From assembly GCA_913020725.1 (NCBI GenBank), contig CAJWCD010000076.1, positions 1 to 17,881 of the forward strand: 17,881 nt of DNA. The letters run 5' to 3'. Below, in pieces: positions 7,379 through 17,881 of this stretch. Both the position numbers and the translations under genes were made by a program. Source of the DNA: an uncultured Pseudomonadota bacterium. Its GTDB lineage: Bacteria > SAR324 > NAC60-12. Position 1 is the first letter of the stretch. Every line of letters starts with the position of its first letter. The notes below the pieces were generated by a model. The model did no database searches. It saw only the letters and a list, made by a program, of their open reading frames with translations, and was not told the DNA's origin.

Positions 7379-8976
7379 AGTCGTTTCCCTTCCGCGTCAA
7401 ACTGGACGACAAACACATCCAAGCCGCCTTGGTGCGTGTGTCCATCCAAACTGCCGCCCACGCTCCCGGTGGCGACAAGATTTCCGTTGGGAAGAAAGGC
7501 CAACGCCCGGACTTCATCGGCTCCGGACGTGCCGAACTGCCGAGTCCACAAAAGGGTGCCGTCCATCTGCAACAAGCTGACGAAGGCATCGCCCTGCGCG
7601 GCGGTTTGCTGCTCCGGAAAAACCCCCTGGGTGGAGCCGCCAATGGCAAGGGTGTTGTTGTCGGAAAGTGCGATGGCGTGGACCCGTTCGTCGGCTTCCG
7701 TACCCAATTGCTGGAGCCACTGCGGGTTGCCTTGAGCATCGAAACGGACGACAAAGGCATCATCCCCCTGTCCGGATTCCAGGACTTCGGCAAGCGAGGA
7801 ACCGTTCGCCCGCAGCTTGCCTCCAGTCACGCCTGCCACCACCACTCCGTCTGCGTTTGCGGCAAGCGCGGTGACGGCATCGCTGAAGGCCGTGGGCAAG
7901 CGTCGGCTCCAGCGTTTCAATCCAGAGGGGTCGAGTTTCATCACAAAACCGTCCTGTGTGTGGGTTGAGGGAGTGCCGTCCAGCGGCCCGGTCACGATTC
8001 CCCCTGCGTAGAGCGTGGCACGTTTGTGCAGGGCAAGGGCTTTCACGAAAATCCCGGAACCCAGCGTGGCAGAAGAGCGCTGCTTCCAACGTCGGTGATT
8101 GACGCGCAAATGTCGCCGCGTGTCGCCGGACGAGAGCAGATTGCCTGCGGGATCGAGAACCAGCGCGGAACCTTGCGGGGCTGAGGGCCAGCTAAACTCG
8201 ACAGGTGGCCCAGCAACACCGTCTTCGCCAAAACTCGTGAGCGCAAGCGTGGTTCCGGATGCTCCCGGAAGCAAGGCTCCCACGCGCCATCCGGAATCCG
8301 TGGGCTGAAGCGCAAGCGCGTTGGGCAGTTTGCCGAATCCCGGTTGCTGAATCCACTGCTGGTCGCCTTCACGGTCGTAGAGTGCGAGGAAGCCATCCTC
8401 CGAAACATTGTCATCGTTTTCAAAACGGGAGGCGCCCGCGACGAGCAGCCGCCCCTGCGCATCAGTGTGCAGGGCGAGGCCAAGGTCATCTCCGGACGCA
8501 CCAATTGAGATCGTCCATTTTGTCGGAAAACGGTCCTCGGTCGTGTAGACGGATTTCAAGGGTGCGCCTTTTTTGCTCTTGGCTTCCGGAGTGATGCGAA
8601 GCTGGTAGCGAACCTTGCGACGCAACGGTTCCGTCGGCAGGAATTGAAAGCTTTTCTGCTGGTCGGAATTTCCGGTGCGGATGAGCAGGGCGCAGGTCTG
8701 GAAACCATCCGGAGAGAGCTGAACAACGCCCGTGCAGCTTCCATCTGTGGGGAGTTCCTTGCCAAGCTTGGAGTCCATCGGCAGCGAGAAGCTCACCTCG
8801 ATTTTCGGCAGCAGCGAAATCGTGGTGCCGTTGTCCGTGGGAGACACCGAAACGACTTCCGGCGTGGGCAGTTTTGGTTTCGCTTTGGGAGTTTTGGGTG
8901 CCTCCGGAGTGCTTTCAAAACACCCTGCAAGCAGGAACAGGAGACCGATGATCAGGGTCAGGAAGGAGAAACGCAT
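7375..8976 (-). CDS. Lipoprotein with an Ig-like (Big_5/SbsA-type) domain and beta-propeller (SBBP-type) repeats
   Basis: 533 aa. Lipobox LAGC, Pro/Lys linker, PEVVSVSPTDNG...IEVSFSLPMD Ig-like start, repeated DAFVV.FD..G...W..Q.GT...D/E motifs. Confidence 0.88.
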   Translation of the reverse strand: MRFSFLTLIIGLLFLLAGCFESTPEAPKTPKAKPKLPTPEVVSVSPTDNGTTISLLPKIEVSFSLPMDSKLGKELPTDGSCTGVVQLSPDGFQTCALLIRTGNSDQQKSFQFLPTEPLRRKVRYQLRITPEAKSKKGAPLKSVYTTEDRFPTKWTISIGASGDDLGLALHTDAQGRLLVAGASRFENDDNVSEDGFLALYDREGDQQWIQQPGFGKLPNALALQPTDSGWRVGALLPGASGTTLALTSFGEDGVAGPPVEFSWPSAPQGSALVLDPAGNLLSSGDTRRHLRVNHRRWKQRSSATLGSGIFVKALALHKRATLYAGGIVTGPLDGTPSTHTQDGFVMKLDPSGLKRWSRRLPTAFSDAVTALAANADGVVVAGVTGGKLRANGSSLAEVLESGQGDDAFVVRFDAQGNPQWLQQLGTEADERVHAIALSDNNTLAIGGSTQGVFPEQQTAAQGDAFVSLLQMDGTLLWTRQFGTSGADEVRALAFLPNGNLVATGSVGGSLDGHTHQGGLDVFVVQFDAEGKRL

Positions 8977-9141
8977 GGGGCCACGAAGGTCAATGCCCCA
9001 AAAAGCATCACAATGTGTGCCAAGTGATCAGGAGGTTGGGGAGTAGGGGACAGATTATGGATGCGGAACAAAACGACCCGTGTTCATCCGCACAATCCGT
9101 AGCGGGAATCGAGAGCCGAAGACCGATGGCAGCCAGCAGCA

Positions 9142-9683
9142 GCAGAGCAGCGCGGCGTGCTTGGGGTCGGCGGCGAGGGGTTGGTCGCGTCCGGCGAGGA
9201 CTTGGATGAGGCGGGTGAGCTTGGGCCTTCCGGGCTGGCGAGGTCGAGGTCGCGCTGCAAGGCCAGTTCGAGCCTGGTGATCTTTTCCTCGACCGCATCG
9301 AGTTTCTGCTCCAGGGGCTTGACCGCCGTGCGGCGGTCCCACGCGATTGTAGGCGAAGAGGGCGATCAGCATGATCAGCGATCCGAAGAGCATGAGGGTC
9401 ACATTCATCTGCTCGGAGAAGCCCTCAGCCATGCGGCGGTCCATGCGCTCAAAGCGCTGGTCCATGCGCTGCTCAACGGCCTCGAAACGCTCGTGAATGA
9501 CTTTGAACTCCGCCTTGATCTCGGCAAGGGACTCGATGATCTCTCGGTCCGAGAGGCGTGGGGCAGTCTCGATGGCGAACGGAACTCCGGGCAGCAGAAT
9601 CCCGGCAATCAAAAGACCCCAGTGAGGAATAGACGAAACACGCGCCCCATTGCGTAGTGAAGGCAGCAACTATCGAAAACCAT
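9142..9683 (-). pseudogene. Coiled-coil single-TM membrane protein gene with three frameshifts
   Basis: GGAGG then ATG 9683, whose frame stops at 9609-9611. A second frame gives APRLSDREIIESL + coiled coil + TM. An extra base at 9347-9348 interrupts YIAWDRRTAVKPLEQKL, and a missing base near 9223 returns to KLTRLIQVL. The 3' end is approximate. Confidence 0.7.
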
Positions 9684-9893
9684 GAGCCTCCACGCTAACC
9701 CACCTCCTGTCGAGATGCAAGGGCAGTCTCTGGAGTGCTGGTGCCTGTTCTCAGCAAAATTCACCCTGTAAAGTGTTGTGACTTTGCAAATAGACAGCGT
9801 TTTCCGGTGTGTTTTCCTCGGTTTTCAGTGATTTTTCCAGAATTTCAGAGAAACAACACTCCAGAGGGAGACCATCGAACGCCCGGAGTCCTG

Positions 9894-11318
<1,425 letters not shown>

Positions 11319-11484
11319 CTAAAAATTGTTGTGTTTCAGCATGACGCACCTGCCGAAAAACGCAATTCCAGCGTTTCTGCAAGCAGTTCCCACCCGGAAC
11401 AGCTTGAACCGCCTGTGGTTTGAGTTATCCTGCAAGCGTTCTACTCAATAGCAATCCTGTTACCGCGCCTTCTCCGCATTTTCG

Positions 11485-14400
11485 GTGCCTCACGCTCACG
11501 TTTCCAAAACGATCCCACACACGCTGAAGGTCCACCGACTGGCCGGATCGAGTGCCGCATGGTGGTTGTCTGAACTTCAGGTCCAGCGTCAGCAACCGCT
11601 GCTGATCCTCTGCGAAAGCTTTGAGCAGGCGGAATCCTGTTTGGGCGACCTCGCGTTTTTCAGCGGGAAGGACGGGCTGCACTTCTTCCCCTCGTGGGAC
11701 GTGATGCCCTACGATTTCTTCTCGCCGCAGAAGGAACTCGTGGGGCAGCGAATGCAAACGCTCGATGCACTTCTGCACGAAAATGTGCGCTTTGTGGTCA
11801 CGACTCCACAAGCGGTGATGCAGCGGGTGCTGCCCAAGGAATTATTCCAGAACGCTCTGCTGGACCTGAAAACCGAAGCGTCGCTTGCCGAACACAAACT
11901 GCGTCGCAAGTTCCGGATGCTGGGTTATGTGGAGGTGGACACAGTGGAGGATCGTGGCGAGTTCTGCCTGCGAGGGACACGGCTGGATATCTTTCCCAGC
12001 AACCAGTCCACCCCGTTTCGCCTAGAACTCCGGGGCCGAGATGCTTCCGGATTGCAACGGATTTCCTCGATCCATCCCTTCGACCTGCGTTCGCAAATCT
12101 CCGAGCAAACCACCCTGCTGAGCCTGCGGCTGCTGCCGGCCTCGGAGGTGCAGTTGAGTCCGGAGCAGTGCGACCACGCGCTTGACGAACTGGAGCAGTA
12201 TCGAGAACAACTTCCGGACAACCAGTTCTCGTCCACCCAGCACACCATCCGCAACGGACAGCCTTTTCCGGGGATGGAAAGCCTCGCCGCGCTCTACCAC
12301 AAGCTCGACACCGTGTTCGACTATCTACCGCCAAAAACGCGGGTCGTGTTGCAAGAGGATGCAAAACTTCAGCAACACGCCACCTTCTTCCGGGACGAGG
12401 TGCTGCGCGAAGCCGAAATGAGCATGGCGCAGGGACGCCTCACGCTCGATCCGGATCTGCTGTTCCTTGGCCCTGCGGACTTGGAAAGCTTGCTGGAAGA
12501 GTGGCCCTGTGTGGGTGTCACCTCGGCCCACGAGGTGGAGGCTCCGCCAGACCCTTTGGCTGCGCTCAGGGCAGGCTTCCAACGACTCGCCGGAGCCAGC
12601 TCGCAGAGTTTCAGTTTTCAGGGAAACAGCTCCCTGCGCGAGGGCTTCCGTGCGGCCAAGGCACTTTCGGCGGTCGGCAACGCGATGGAGCGGCTGCGGA
12701 CGTGGCAGGCGGAGCGGGTTCCGGTGGTGCTGGCGGCACGTTCGCAGACACAGGCCGATCATTTTCGGGAATTGCTGTTCGATCTCGAAGTGGAATCCCG
12801 GCTTTTGCAGGATCACTTTTCCGGGGCGGACAGTCCGCCGCTGCCTTCTTCGATTTTGCCGTGGGCGGAGTTTTGTGCAGGGACGGGCTGGAGCCACAAG
12901 CTTGCAAAGCAGTGGGGCTGGAATCCGCAAACCACTGGAATCCTGCCGATTGTGGTAGGGGAGGTGTCCTCCGGATTCCGCTTGCTGGATGCCGAAAATC
13001 AGGTGTGTTTTGCACTCGTCACCGAGGATGAGGTTTTTGGGAAAAAGACCCGCCAGCGCCGCTTGCAGCGCGTGGCCATGCCGGGTTGGTCGGGCAGCCT
13101 CGACGATCTCAACGAGGGGGATTTCGTCGTGCATCTCGATTACGGCATCGGCTGCTACCGGGGTTTGCAGAAAATCGAGGCGGCGGGCATCCAAAACGAA
13201 TTCATGCTGCTGACCTTTGCGAGGGAGGAGAAGGTGTACGTTCCGGTCAGCAAGTTCCACCTCGTGCAAAAGTATGTGCATCCGGACGGGGGCCGTCCCA
13301 AGCTCAACAAGCTCGGCGAGAAGGCGTGGAAGAAAACCCGCAGCCGCGTGGCCAAGGCAGTGGAGGACATCGCAGAAGAACTTGCCGAAATCTATGCGGC
13401 CCGCAAGGCGCGGCGCGGCCATGCCTTTGAGCGCGATTCCCACGAGATGCAGGAGTTTGAGCAGGGCTTTCCCTTCGAGGAAACTCCGGACCAGCTTGAG
13501 GTCATCATGCAGGTGAAACGAGACATGGAATCCACCATGCCGATGGATCGTCTGGTGTGCGGCGATGTCGGCTTCGGCAAGACCGAAGTGGCCATGCGGG
13601 CGGTGTTCAAGGCAGTGAGCGACGGCAAGCAGGTCGCCATGCTGGTGCCCACCACCATCCTCGCTCAGCAGCATGATGTCTCCTTCCGGCAACGCTTTGA
13701 GGAAACCGCGATCACAGTGGAATCCCTGAGCCGCTTCCGAACCACAGCCGAGCAACGAGGCATCCTCAAACGACTCGCCGAGGGTAAGCTGGACCTCGTG
13801 ATCGGCACCCATCGGCTGCTCTCCAAGGACGTGAAGTTTGCCGACTTGGGGCTGCTCGTGGTGGACGAGGAGCAGCGTTTCGGAGTCAAGCAGAAGGAGC
13901 GCATCAAGCAGTTCCGCGCCGAGGTTGATGTCCTCACGCTTTCCGCGACACCGATTCCACGCACGCTGCACATGTCCCTGATGGGCCTGCGCGACCTCAG
14001 CATCATCAACACCCCACCCGCCGACCGCATCGCCATCCGCACTCGGCTCGTCCACACCAACGACACGGTGATTCAGGAAGCCGTGAGCCGAGAACTGCGG
14101 CGGCAGGGGCAGGTGTTCGTCGTCCACAACCGCGTGGAGACGATCTTTGAATACGGACGCCACCTCCAGCGCATCCTCCCACAAGTGCGCATCGCGGTCG
14201 CACATGGGCAGATGAGCGAGCATCAACTCGAACAGCTCATGCTCGACTTCATCGAGGGCCGCTACGATCTGCTGCTCTCCACCACCATCATCGAATCCGG
14301 ACTTGACATCCCCCGCGCCAACACCATCCTCATCAACAACGCCGACCGCTTTGGCCTCGCACAGCTTTACCAACTCCGGGGGCGCGTGGGCCGCAGCAAC

Positions 14401-15156
14401 GTGCAGGCCTTCGCCTACCTGATGGTCTTGCCTGAAAAAATCATCAGCCAAACGGCGCGGGATCGGCTACAGGTTTTGCAAGACCTCAACGACCTCGGCG
14501 TCGGGTTCAAGTTGGCGTCCCGCGATCTGGAAATCCGGGGGGCCGGAAACCTGCTCGGCTCCGAGCAGTCCGGGCAAATCGCCAGCGTGGGGCTGGAGTT
14601 GTACACGCAGATGGTGGACCGTGCCGTCAAGCGTTTGCAACGGCAGGAAGCCGGACAGGAGGAGAATTTGGAAGTGCGCGTGATCTTCAATGCCATCGTC
14701 CAAGAAGTTCCGGACGCCTACATTCCCAACACCAACAAGCGGCTCTCACTCTACAAAACCCTCGCGTCGCTGGACGCGGAAGACACGCTTTGGGATCTCC
14801 GCAACGGCACGGAAGATCGCTTCGGGCCGCTTCCGGAAGCCTTGCTCAATCTCTTCAAGTCCGCACAGGTTCGGATTTGGGCGCAGGAACGCTGTGTGCA
14901 AACGGTCGAGTTGCGGGGCGAAAAACTACGGCTCCAGATTGCCAAACCAGACGCGCTCAACCACGAAACGCTGATCCACTGGCTCAGCGAACCGGATTCT
15001 GCCCTGCGCTACATTCCGGAAAACACGCTGGAGGTCCGCAACGTCCCTCCCGATTTTGACGCAATTCTGGGAGAACTGCGACTCTTGGAAGACCTGTTTG
15101 CTGGAAAATCCGCGCCGCTTCCCGCGGTGCCACTTCCCACCGGAACCAATGGCTGA
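11485..15156 (+). CDS. mfd: Transcription-repair coupling factor
   Basis: 1223 aa. UvrB-like N-terminus (FPSWDVMPYD), RID (GDFVVHLDYGIG), CGDVGFGKTEVA, DEEQRFGV, SATPIPRTL, QLRGRVGRS, TRG motif DLEIRGAGNLLG, C-terminal TRCF domain. Exact start uncertain. Confidence 0.97.
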   Translation: MPHAHVSKTIPHTLKVHRLAGSSAAWWLSELQVQRQQPLLILCESFEQAESCLGDLAFFSGKDGLHFFPSWDVMPYDFFSPQKELVGQRMQTLDALLHENVRFVVTTPQAVMQRVLPKELFQNALLDLKTEASLAEHKLRRKFRMLGYVEVDTVEDRGEFCLRGTRLDIFPSNQSTPFRLELRGRDASGLQRISSIHPFDLRSQISEQTTLLSLRLLPASEVQLSPEQCDHALDELEQYREQLPDNQFSSTQHTIRNGQPFPGMESLAALYHKLDTVFDYLPPKTRVVLQEDAKLQQHATFFRDEVLREAEMSMAQGRLTLDPDLLFLGPADLESLLEEWPCVGVTSAHEVEAPPDPLAALRAGFQRLAGASSQSFSFQGNSSLREGFRAAKALSAVGNAMERLRTWQAERVPVVLAARSQTQADHFRELLFDLEVESRLLQDHFSGADSPPLPSSILPWAEFCAGTGWSHKLAKQWGWNPQTTGILPIVVGEVSSGFRLLDAENQVCFALVTEDEVFGKKTRQRRLQRVAMPGWSGSLDDLNEGDFVVHLDYGIGCYRGLQKIEAAGIQNEFMLLTFAREEKVYVPVSKFHLVQKYVHPDGGRPKLNKLGEKAWKKTRSRVAKAVEDIAEELAEIYAARKARRGHAFERDSHEMQEFEQGFPFEETPDQLEVIMQVKRDMESTMPMDRLVCGDVGFGKTEVAMRAVFKAVSDGKQVAMLVPTTILAQQHDVSFRQRFEETAITVESLSRFRTTAEQRGILKRLAEGKLDLVIGTHRLLSKDVKFADLGLLVVDEEQRFGVKQKERIKQFRAEVDVLTLSATPIPRTLHMSLMGLRDLSIINTPPADRIAIRTRLVHTNDTVIQEAVSRELRRQGQVFVVHNRVETIFEYGRHLQRILPQVRIAVAHGQMSEHQLEQLMLDFIEGRYDLLLSTTIIESGLDIPRANTILINNADRFGLAQLYQLRGRVGRSNVQAFAYLMVLPEKIISQTARDRLQVLQDLNDLGVGFKLASRDLEIRGAGNLLGSEQSGQIASVGLELYTQMVDRAVKRLQRQEAGQEENLEVRVIFNAIVQEVPDAYIPNTNKRLSLYKTLASLDAEDTLWDLRNGTEDRFGPLPEALLNLFKSAQVRIWAQERCVQTVELRGEKLRLQIAKPDALNHETLIHWLSEPDSALRYIPENTLEVRNVPPDFDAILGELRLLEDLFAGKSAPLPAVPLPTGTNG

Positions 15157-15868
15157 GAATTCCCCGGAACGCTGGCTTCAGTCGCAAACCAGCGACTTGC
15201 TGGAAACCGCTATCCTGTTGCTGGATCGGCTGCATTGTCCCCCCTTCGAGTTGGGTTGGCTGCATTCCGAAAGCGGGCAGACCTACCGGACGCTGCTGCT
15301 GGAAGTGGAGCGGGTGCTGCTGGAAGTCTGGGAGGCCACTCAAAATAAAAAATTCGCAGAACTGGAGGACTCGCTGCAACTCTGGTTTCAGGATCAACTT
15401 CGACAGGAAAACGGACTGTTCCGGCAGTACCAACGATTGCACGAGGCACTGGAGGACTGGCGCCACACTCCGGAACCGCAACAACAGGGTTTGCAGGGTT
15501 GGCTCGATTTCCAGCTTCACATGCTAGTCCAGGAACCCACCCTGCTTGTCCGCAAGGCGCAGGATGCGCAAGTGTCCATCGAAGAGCTGGAGATCTTGTC
15601 GGGAAAAGCCCTCGCGTGGGTGCAACCCCTGGCATCCGAAACCCCGCACGACCTGCTCGATGAATTTTTCACCCTGCTCCGTCCCTTCACCAAAACCCAC
15701 CCGGAACTCCTACCCCTCGACCACCTGCAAGCCCCTCCCGCTTCCCGGAACGCCCCCCTGCTCGACCAACTCCGCTCCGCCCTCAATGATCAGGACGACT
15801 GGGAATCCTCCGGGATCGAACTGGCGAAATGGCTACGGGAGGCCGTTGTGTTTCATTCGGCAAAGTGA
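15149..15868 (+). CDS. Hypothetical all-helical cytoplasmic protein, coupled to mfd
   Basis: ATG 15149 overlaps the mfd stop and is in frame with the listed 270-aa ORF. Leu/Glu/Gln/Trp-rich with core-like codon usage. No recognised motif. Confidence 0.75.
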   Translation: MAENSPERWLQSQTSDLLETAILLLDRLHCPPFELGWLHSESGQTYRTLLLEVERVLLEVWEATQNKKFAELEDSLQLWFQDQLRQENGLFRQYQRLHEALEDWRHTPEPQQQGLQGWLDFQLHMLVQEPTLLVRKAQDAQVSIEELEILSGKALAWVQPLASETPHDLLDEFFTLLRPFTKTHPELLPLDHLQAPPASRNAPLLDQLRSALNDQDDWESSGIELAKWLREAVVFHSAK

Positions 15869-15878
15869 ATGAAACGAT

Positions 15879-16397
15879 TTATGGTTCTGCAAACTGCTGA
15901 ACAGACTTGAGGGGCAGGAAGAGTCGGAGCGGGAGATCTGAGAAAGCAATGAAGCCGAATTTTTCATAAAAGGACTTCGCCTGCGCATCCTTCGCGTCCA
16001 CCACCATTGCATGGATGGCAATGGAGTGGCTTGCGGCCAAAGCGCGTTTGAGGGCATCCACGAGCAGTAGCTTTCCAAGTCCCTGTCCCTGAAATTGCGT
16101 ATCCACCGCCAAGCGTCCCAACAAGACAGCGGGCAGTGGATACTGAGGAAGTTTTTTCGCCAAAACCGTAGGCATAGACCTCGCCTGAATCACTGCCGCA
16201 CTGAGGGTGTAGAATCCTGCAACTCGGTGGTTGTTGAGCGGACGCATCACAAAGACTTGAGCAAGACGTCGTTTCACGTCCTGGCTGGCTTGTCGAAGCA
16301 GGTACGTCTCCAGTGCTTCCTGACCACAGGAAAATCCCGATTTCTGATGATGCTTGCCGAGGGGTTCTACAACATACCGAGGTTCAGGCATCCCCAT
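15879..16397 (-). CDS. GNAT acetyltransferase toxin (TacT/AtaT type)
   Basis: FSCGQEALETYL, VAGFYTLSA, PAVLLGRLAVDTQFQGQGLGKLLLVDAL, VVDAK...FYEKFGF. Start at ATG 16397 or 16391, overlapping the antitoxin end. Confidence 0.92.
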   Translation of the reverse strand: MGMPEPRYVVEPLGKHHQKSGFSCGQEALETYLLRQASQDVKRRLAQVFVMRPLNNHRVAGFYTLSAAVIQARSMPTVLAKKLPQYPLPAVLLGRLAVDTQFQGQGLGKLLLVDALKRALAASHSIAIHAMVVDAKDAQAKSFYEKFGFIAFSDLPLRLFLPLKSVQQFAEP

Positions 16398-16680
16398 GCG
16401 CAACAACTTCATTACTGTGGTCAGCAAACGCGCTCCGTAGCGCCCGATTCGGCGGCGGCGGGTCCAGCAAGGCCGCGAACAGTCGATCCCGGTCTTGGTC
16501 ACTCAGGGTCAGGGTTTCGTGATCCCCGATGATTTTTTCAGCGGAGGCCAAGGCACTGGCCAGCACAAAGCTGCTGACCGAGCGTTGGGCAAAGGTCGCC
16601 GCTCGTTCAATTTTTCGCTTGGCGTCCGCATCAAGACGGAGCGAAAGACGCGAGGATAGTGCTGAAACGGTTTGAGACAT
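16384..16680 (-). CDS. DUF1778 ribbon-helix-helix antitoxin (TacA/AtaR type)
   Basis: 98 aa. RLSLRLDADAKRKIERAA...SVSSFVLASA...LSDQDRDRLFAALLDPPPPNRAL. GGAGGG RBS before the ATG; directly upstream of the GNAT gene. Confidence 0.93.
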   Translation of the reverse strand: MSQTVSALSSRLSLRLDADAKRKIERAATFAQRSVSSFVLASALASAEKIIGDHETLTLSDQDRDRLFAALLDPPPPNRALRSAFADHSNEVVAHGDA

Positions 16681-16721
16681 AGCCCTCCGGAGCGCATGGG
16701 TTTAGTGGAGCAAACCCGAAA

Positions 16722-16750
16722 AATGTACAGCAAAATGACACACCAAGCAA
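16722..16750 (-). promoter_or_regulatory. Candidate sigma70 promoter of the TA operon with an overlapping imperfect palindrome
   Basis: Minus strand TTGCTT-17 bp-TACATT. Imperfect inverted repeat TGTACA..N7..GACACA over the -10/spacer, as expected for RHH autorepression (inference). Confidence 0.55.
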
Positions 16751-17263
16751 GATAAGGATCGCAGAAAAAACCTTAAAAGTGACAGAATTCGCCACAGTGG
16801 ATTTTCAGGAGTTGGAGCGGTTGTCCGCGAAAACGACATCCTGTTCCCCGCCGAAACGTGGACAGCAGTCCGAATCCTGTGTCAGGAACGGGGCGTGGAC
16901 GGAGTGCCTCAGAATACAGCCTCCGAAGCCATTTTCCAGAAAACTTTATGAGGTGGTCTGCGGTTTGCAGAAGATTGAGGGAGGGCGCGTTTTTGAAAAA
17001 CGCGCTCGCAGAAAAGCACGGGGGATCAAAGGCCATTGGGCTCGGACCATCCTTGGTACACAAATCCATCCTTGGATACATGACCAGTGATCGCCCCGTG
17101 CTAAATTCTCGCTAAGTTTTGGAAAGCAAATCGTGAACCAATCCTCAGCGGCAGCTCTGCTTTCCAGTTAATCCACTGATATTCAGGACATTCGCAAACG
17201 CTCGGCGGCGGGAGAATTGCTTCTCGATCCTGAGATTTCTTGCCGACCAGCAGGTTTTTCCCC

Positions 17264-17290
17264 GTAGGGGCGGGTTTCAAACCCGCCCCT
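17264..17290 (+). repeat. GTAG-headed REP-like palindrome overlapping the aminotransferase stop codon
   Basis: GT-AGGGGCGGGTTT-C-AAACCCGCCCCT: perfect 12-bp arms (17266-17277, 17279-17290), starting with GTAG. Confidence 0.75.
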
Positions 17291-17881
17291 CCAGAAAATC
17301 ATCGAACACTCCCATGAAGCGCTGCATCTCCGACAGAGGTTGCACACTCATCCGGAAGGTGTGGTCAAGCGGTGTTCCCTGTGGGCGCACCCGAATGTCG
17401 TTGCGATGGAGATGCTCCACCAGTTCCGGGATACGGTCGGGGGCGACCAGCAGGAAGTGCGCCTTGCTGGGGAAATAACGCACTCCGCGCTTCTGAAAAT
17501 ACGCCTCAAGCGCGGGCTTCGCTTCCTCCATCAGATGCCGCACCCGCCGCAGCATTTCCTCCCGCTCATCCAAAACCGCCTCAGCCGCCACAGCTGCCAT
17601 CATGTTGACATCAAACGGCCCTTGGATCTTCCGCAACTCCTTGATGAACTCCGGGTCGGCGATAACGTACCCCACACGCAGGCTCGGCAGAGCGAAGGCT
17701 TTCGAGAAGGTGCGGAGGACAATCAGGTTCGGAAGTTCCCGGATCAAGCCCGCACAGGTTTCGCCCGTGAATTCGTAATACGCCTCATCCACCAAAACCG
17801 GCTGTTCAGGAAAGCGCCGGGCGATCTCCTGAATTTGCTCCTGCGTGACCGCCGACCCAGTGGGGTTGTTCGGGTTGATGA
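17277..17881 (-). CDS. hisC: Histidinol-phosphate aminotransferase-like PLP enzyme (5' part outside window)
   Basis: The frame stays open to the window edge: NPNNPTG, VDEAYYEF, LRTFSKAFALPSLRVGY (PLP lysine). Confidence 0.88.
   Translation of the reverse strand, partial: INPNNPTGSAVTQEQIQEIARRFPEQPVLVDEAYYEFTGETCAGLIRELPNLIVLRTFSKAFALPSLRVGYVIADPEFIKELRKIQGPFDVNMMAAVAAEAVLDEREEMLRRVRHLMEEAKPALEAYFQKRGVRYFPSKAHFLLVAPDRIPELVEHLHRNDIRVRPQGTPLDHTFRMSVQPLSEMQRFMGVFDDFLEGRV

Noticed and set aside
6470..7968. Long plus-strand ORFs (421 aa, 282 aa) opposite the two envelope genes
   Set aside because: Antisense shadow ORFs typical of GC-rich coding DNA, with no recognisable motifs.
9059..9092. Imperfect hairpin TGCGGA...TCCGCA upstream of the 533-aa gene (a similar 9-bp inverted pair lies at 17120-17166)
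   Set aside because: Short, imperfect and without a U-tract. Compatible with chance.
12500..13000. Unusual-looking middle segment of Mfd (possible intein or insertion)
   Set aside because: It falls in the lineage-variable region before the RID, stays in frame, and shows no intein terminal motifs.
12325..14451. 708-aa minus-strand ORF
   Set aside because: Antisense shadow of mfd, explained by codon bias in a GC-rich gene. No independent protein features.
16773..17115. Overlapping 85-103 aa ORFs and an LGSDHP motif reminiscent of TPR-repeat proteins
   Set aside because: No frame gives a convincing protein, and one short motif is not enough. It may be a decayed gene; blastx would be needed.

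Overview
Bacterial chromosomal window with two compositional zones. Bases 1-~3390 are strongly AT-rich (roughly one third GC by eye) and carry a minus-strand four-gene operon: an outer-membrane beta-barrel-like protein and three lipoproteins, two of them paralogous with TPR-like C-termini. From ~3400 on the DNA is GC-rich core-like sequence. It encodes a secreted protein plus a SurA/PpiC chaperone, a Big/beta-propeller lipoprotein plus a tandem TonB-C protein, fadA thiolase, mfd, a hypothetical protein, an intact DUF1778/GNAT (TacAT-type) toxin-antitoxin pair and the 3' part of a hisC-like aminotransferase ending in a GTAG-type REP palindrome. The most striking feature is a 156-bp inverted duplication (1473-1628 vs 3394-3549, 4 mismatches). 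The putative promoter and first 20 codons of the neighbouring core gene have been copied in frame (52 codons, read in another frame) into a Cys-bounded loop of an island lipoprotein, and exact removal restores a motif shared with the paralog. Several degraded genes lie at the 3' ends of core operons: a relE remnant with a microhomology deletion, a headless TetR domain, a frameshifted DUF2283 gene and a triple-frameshifted coiled-coil membrane protein gene. Family assignments come from motif recognition only; no searches were run.
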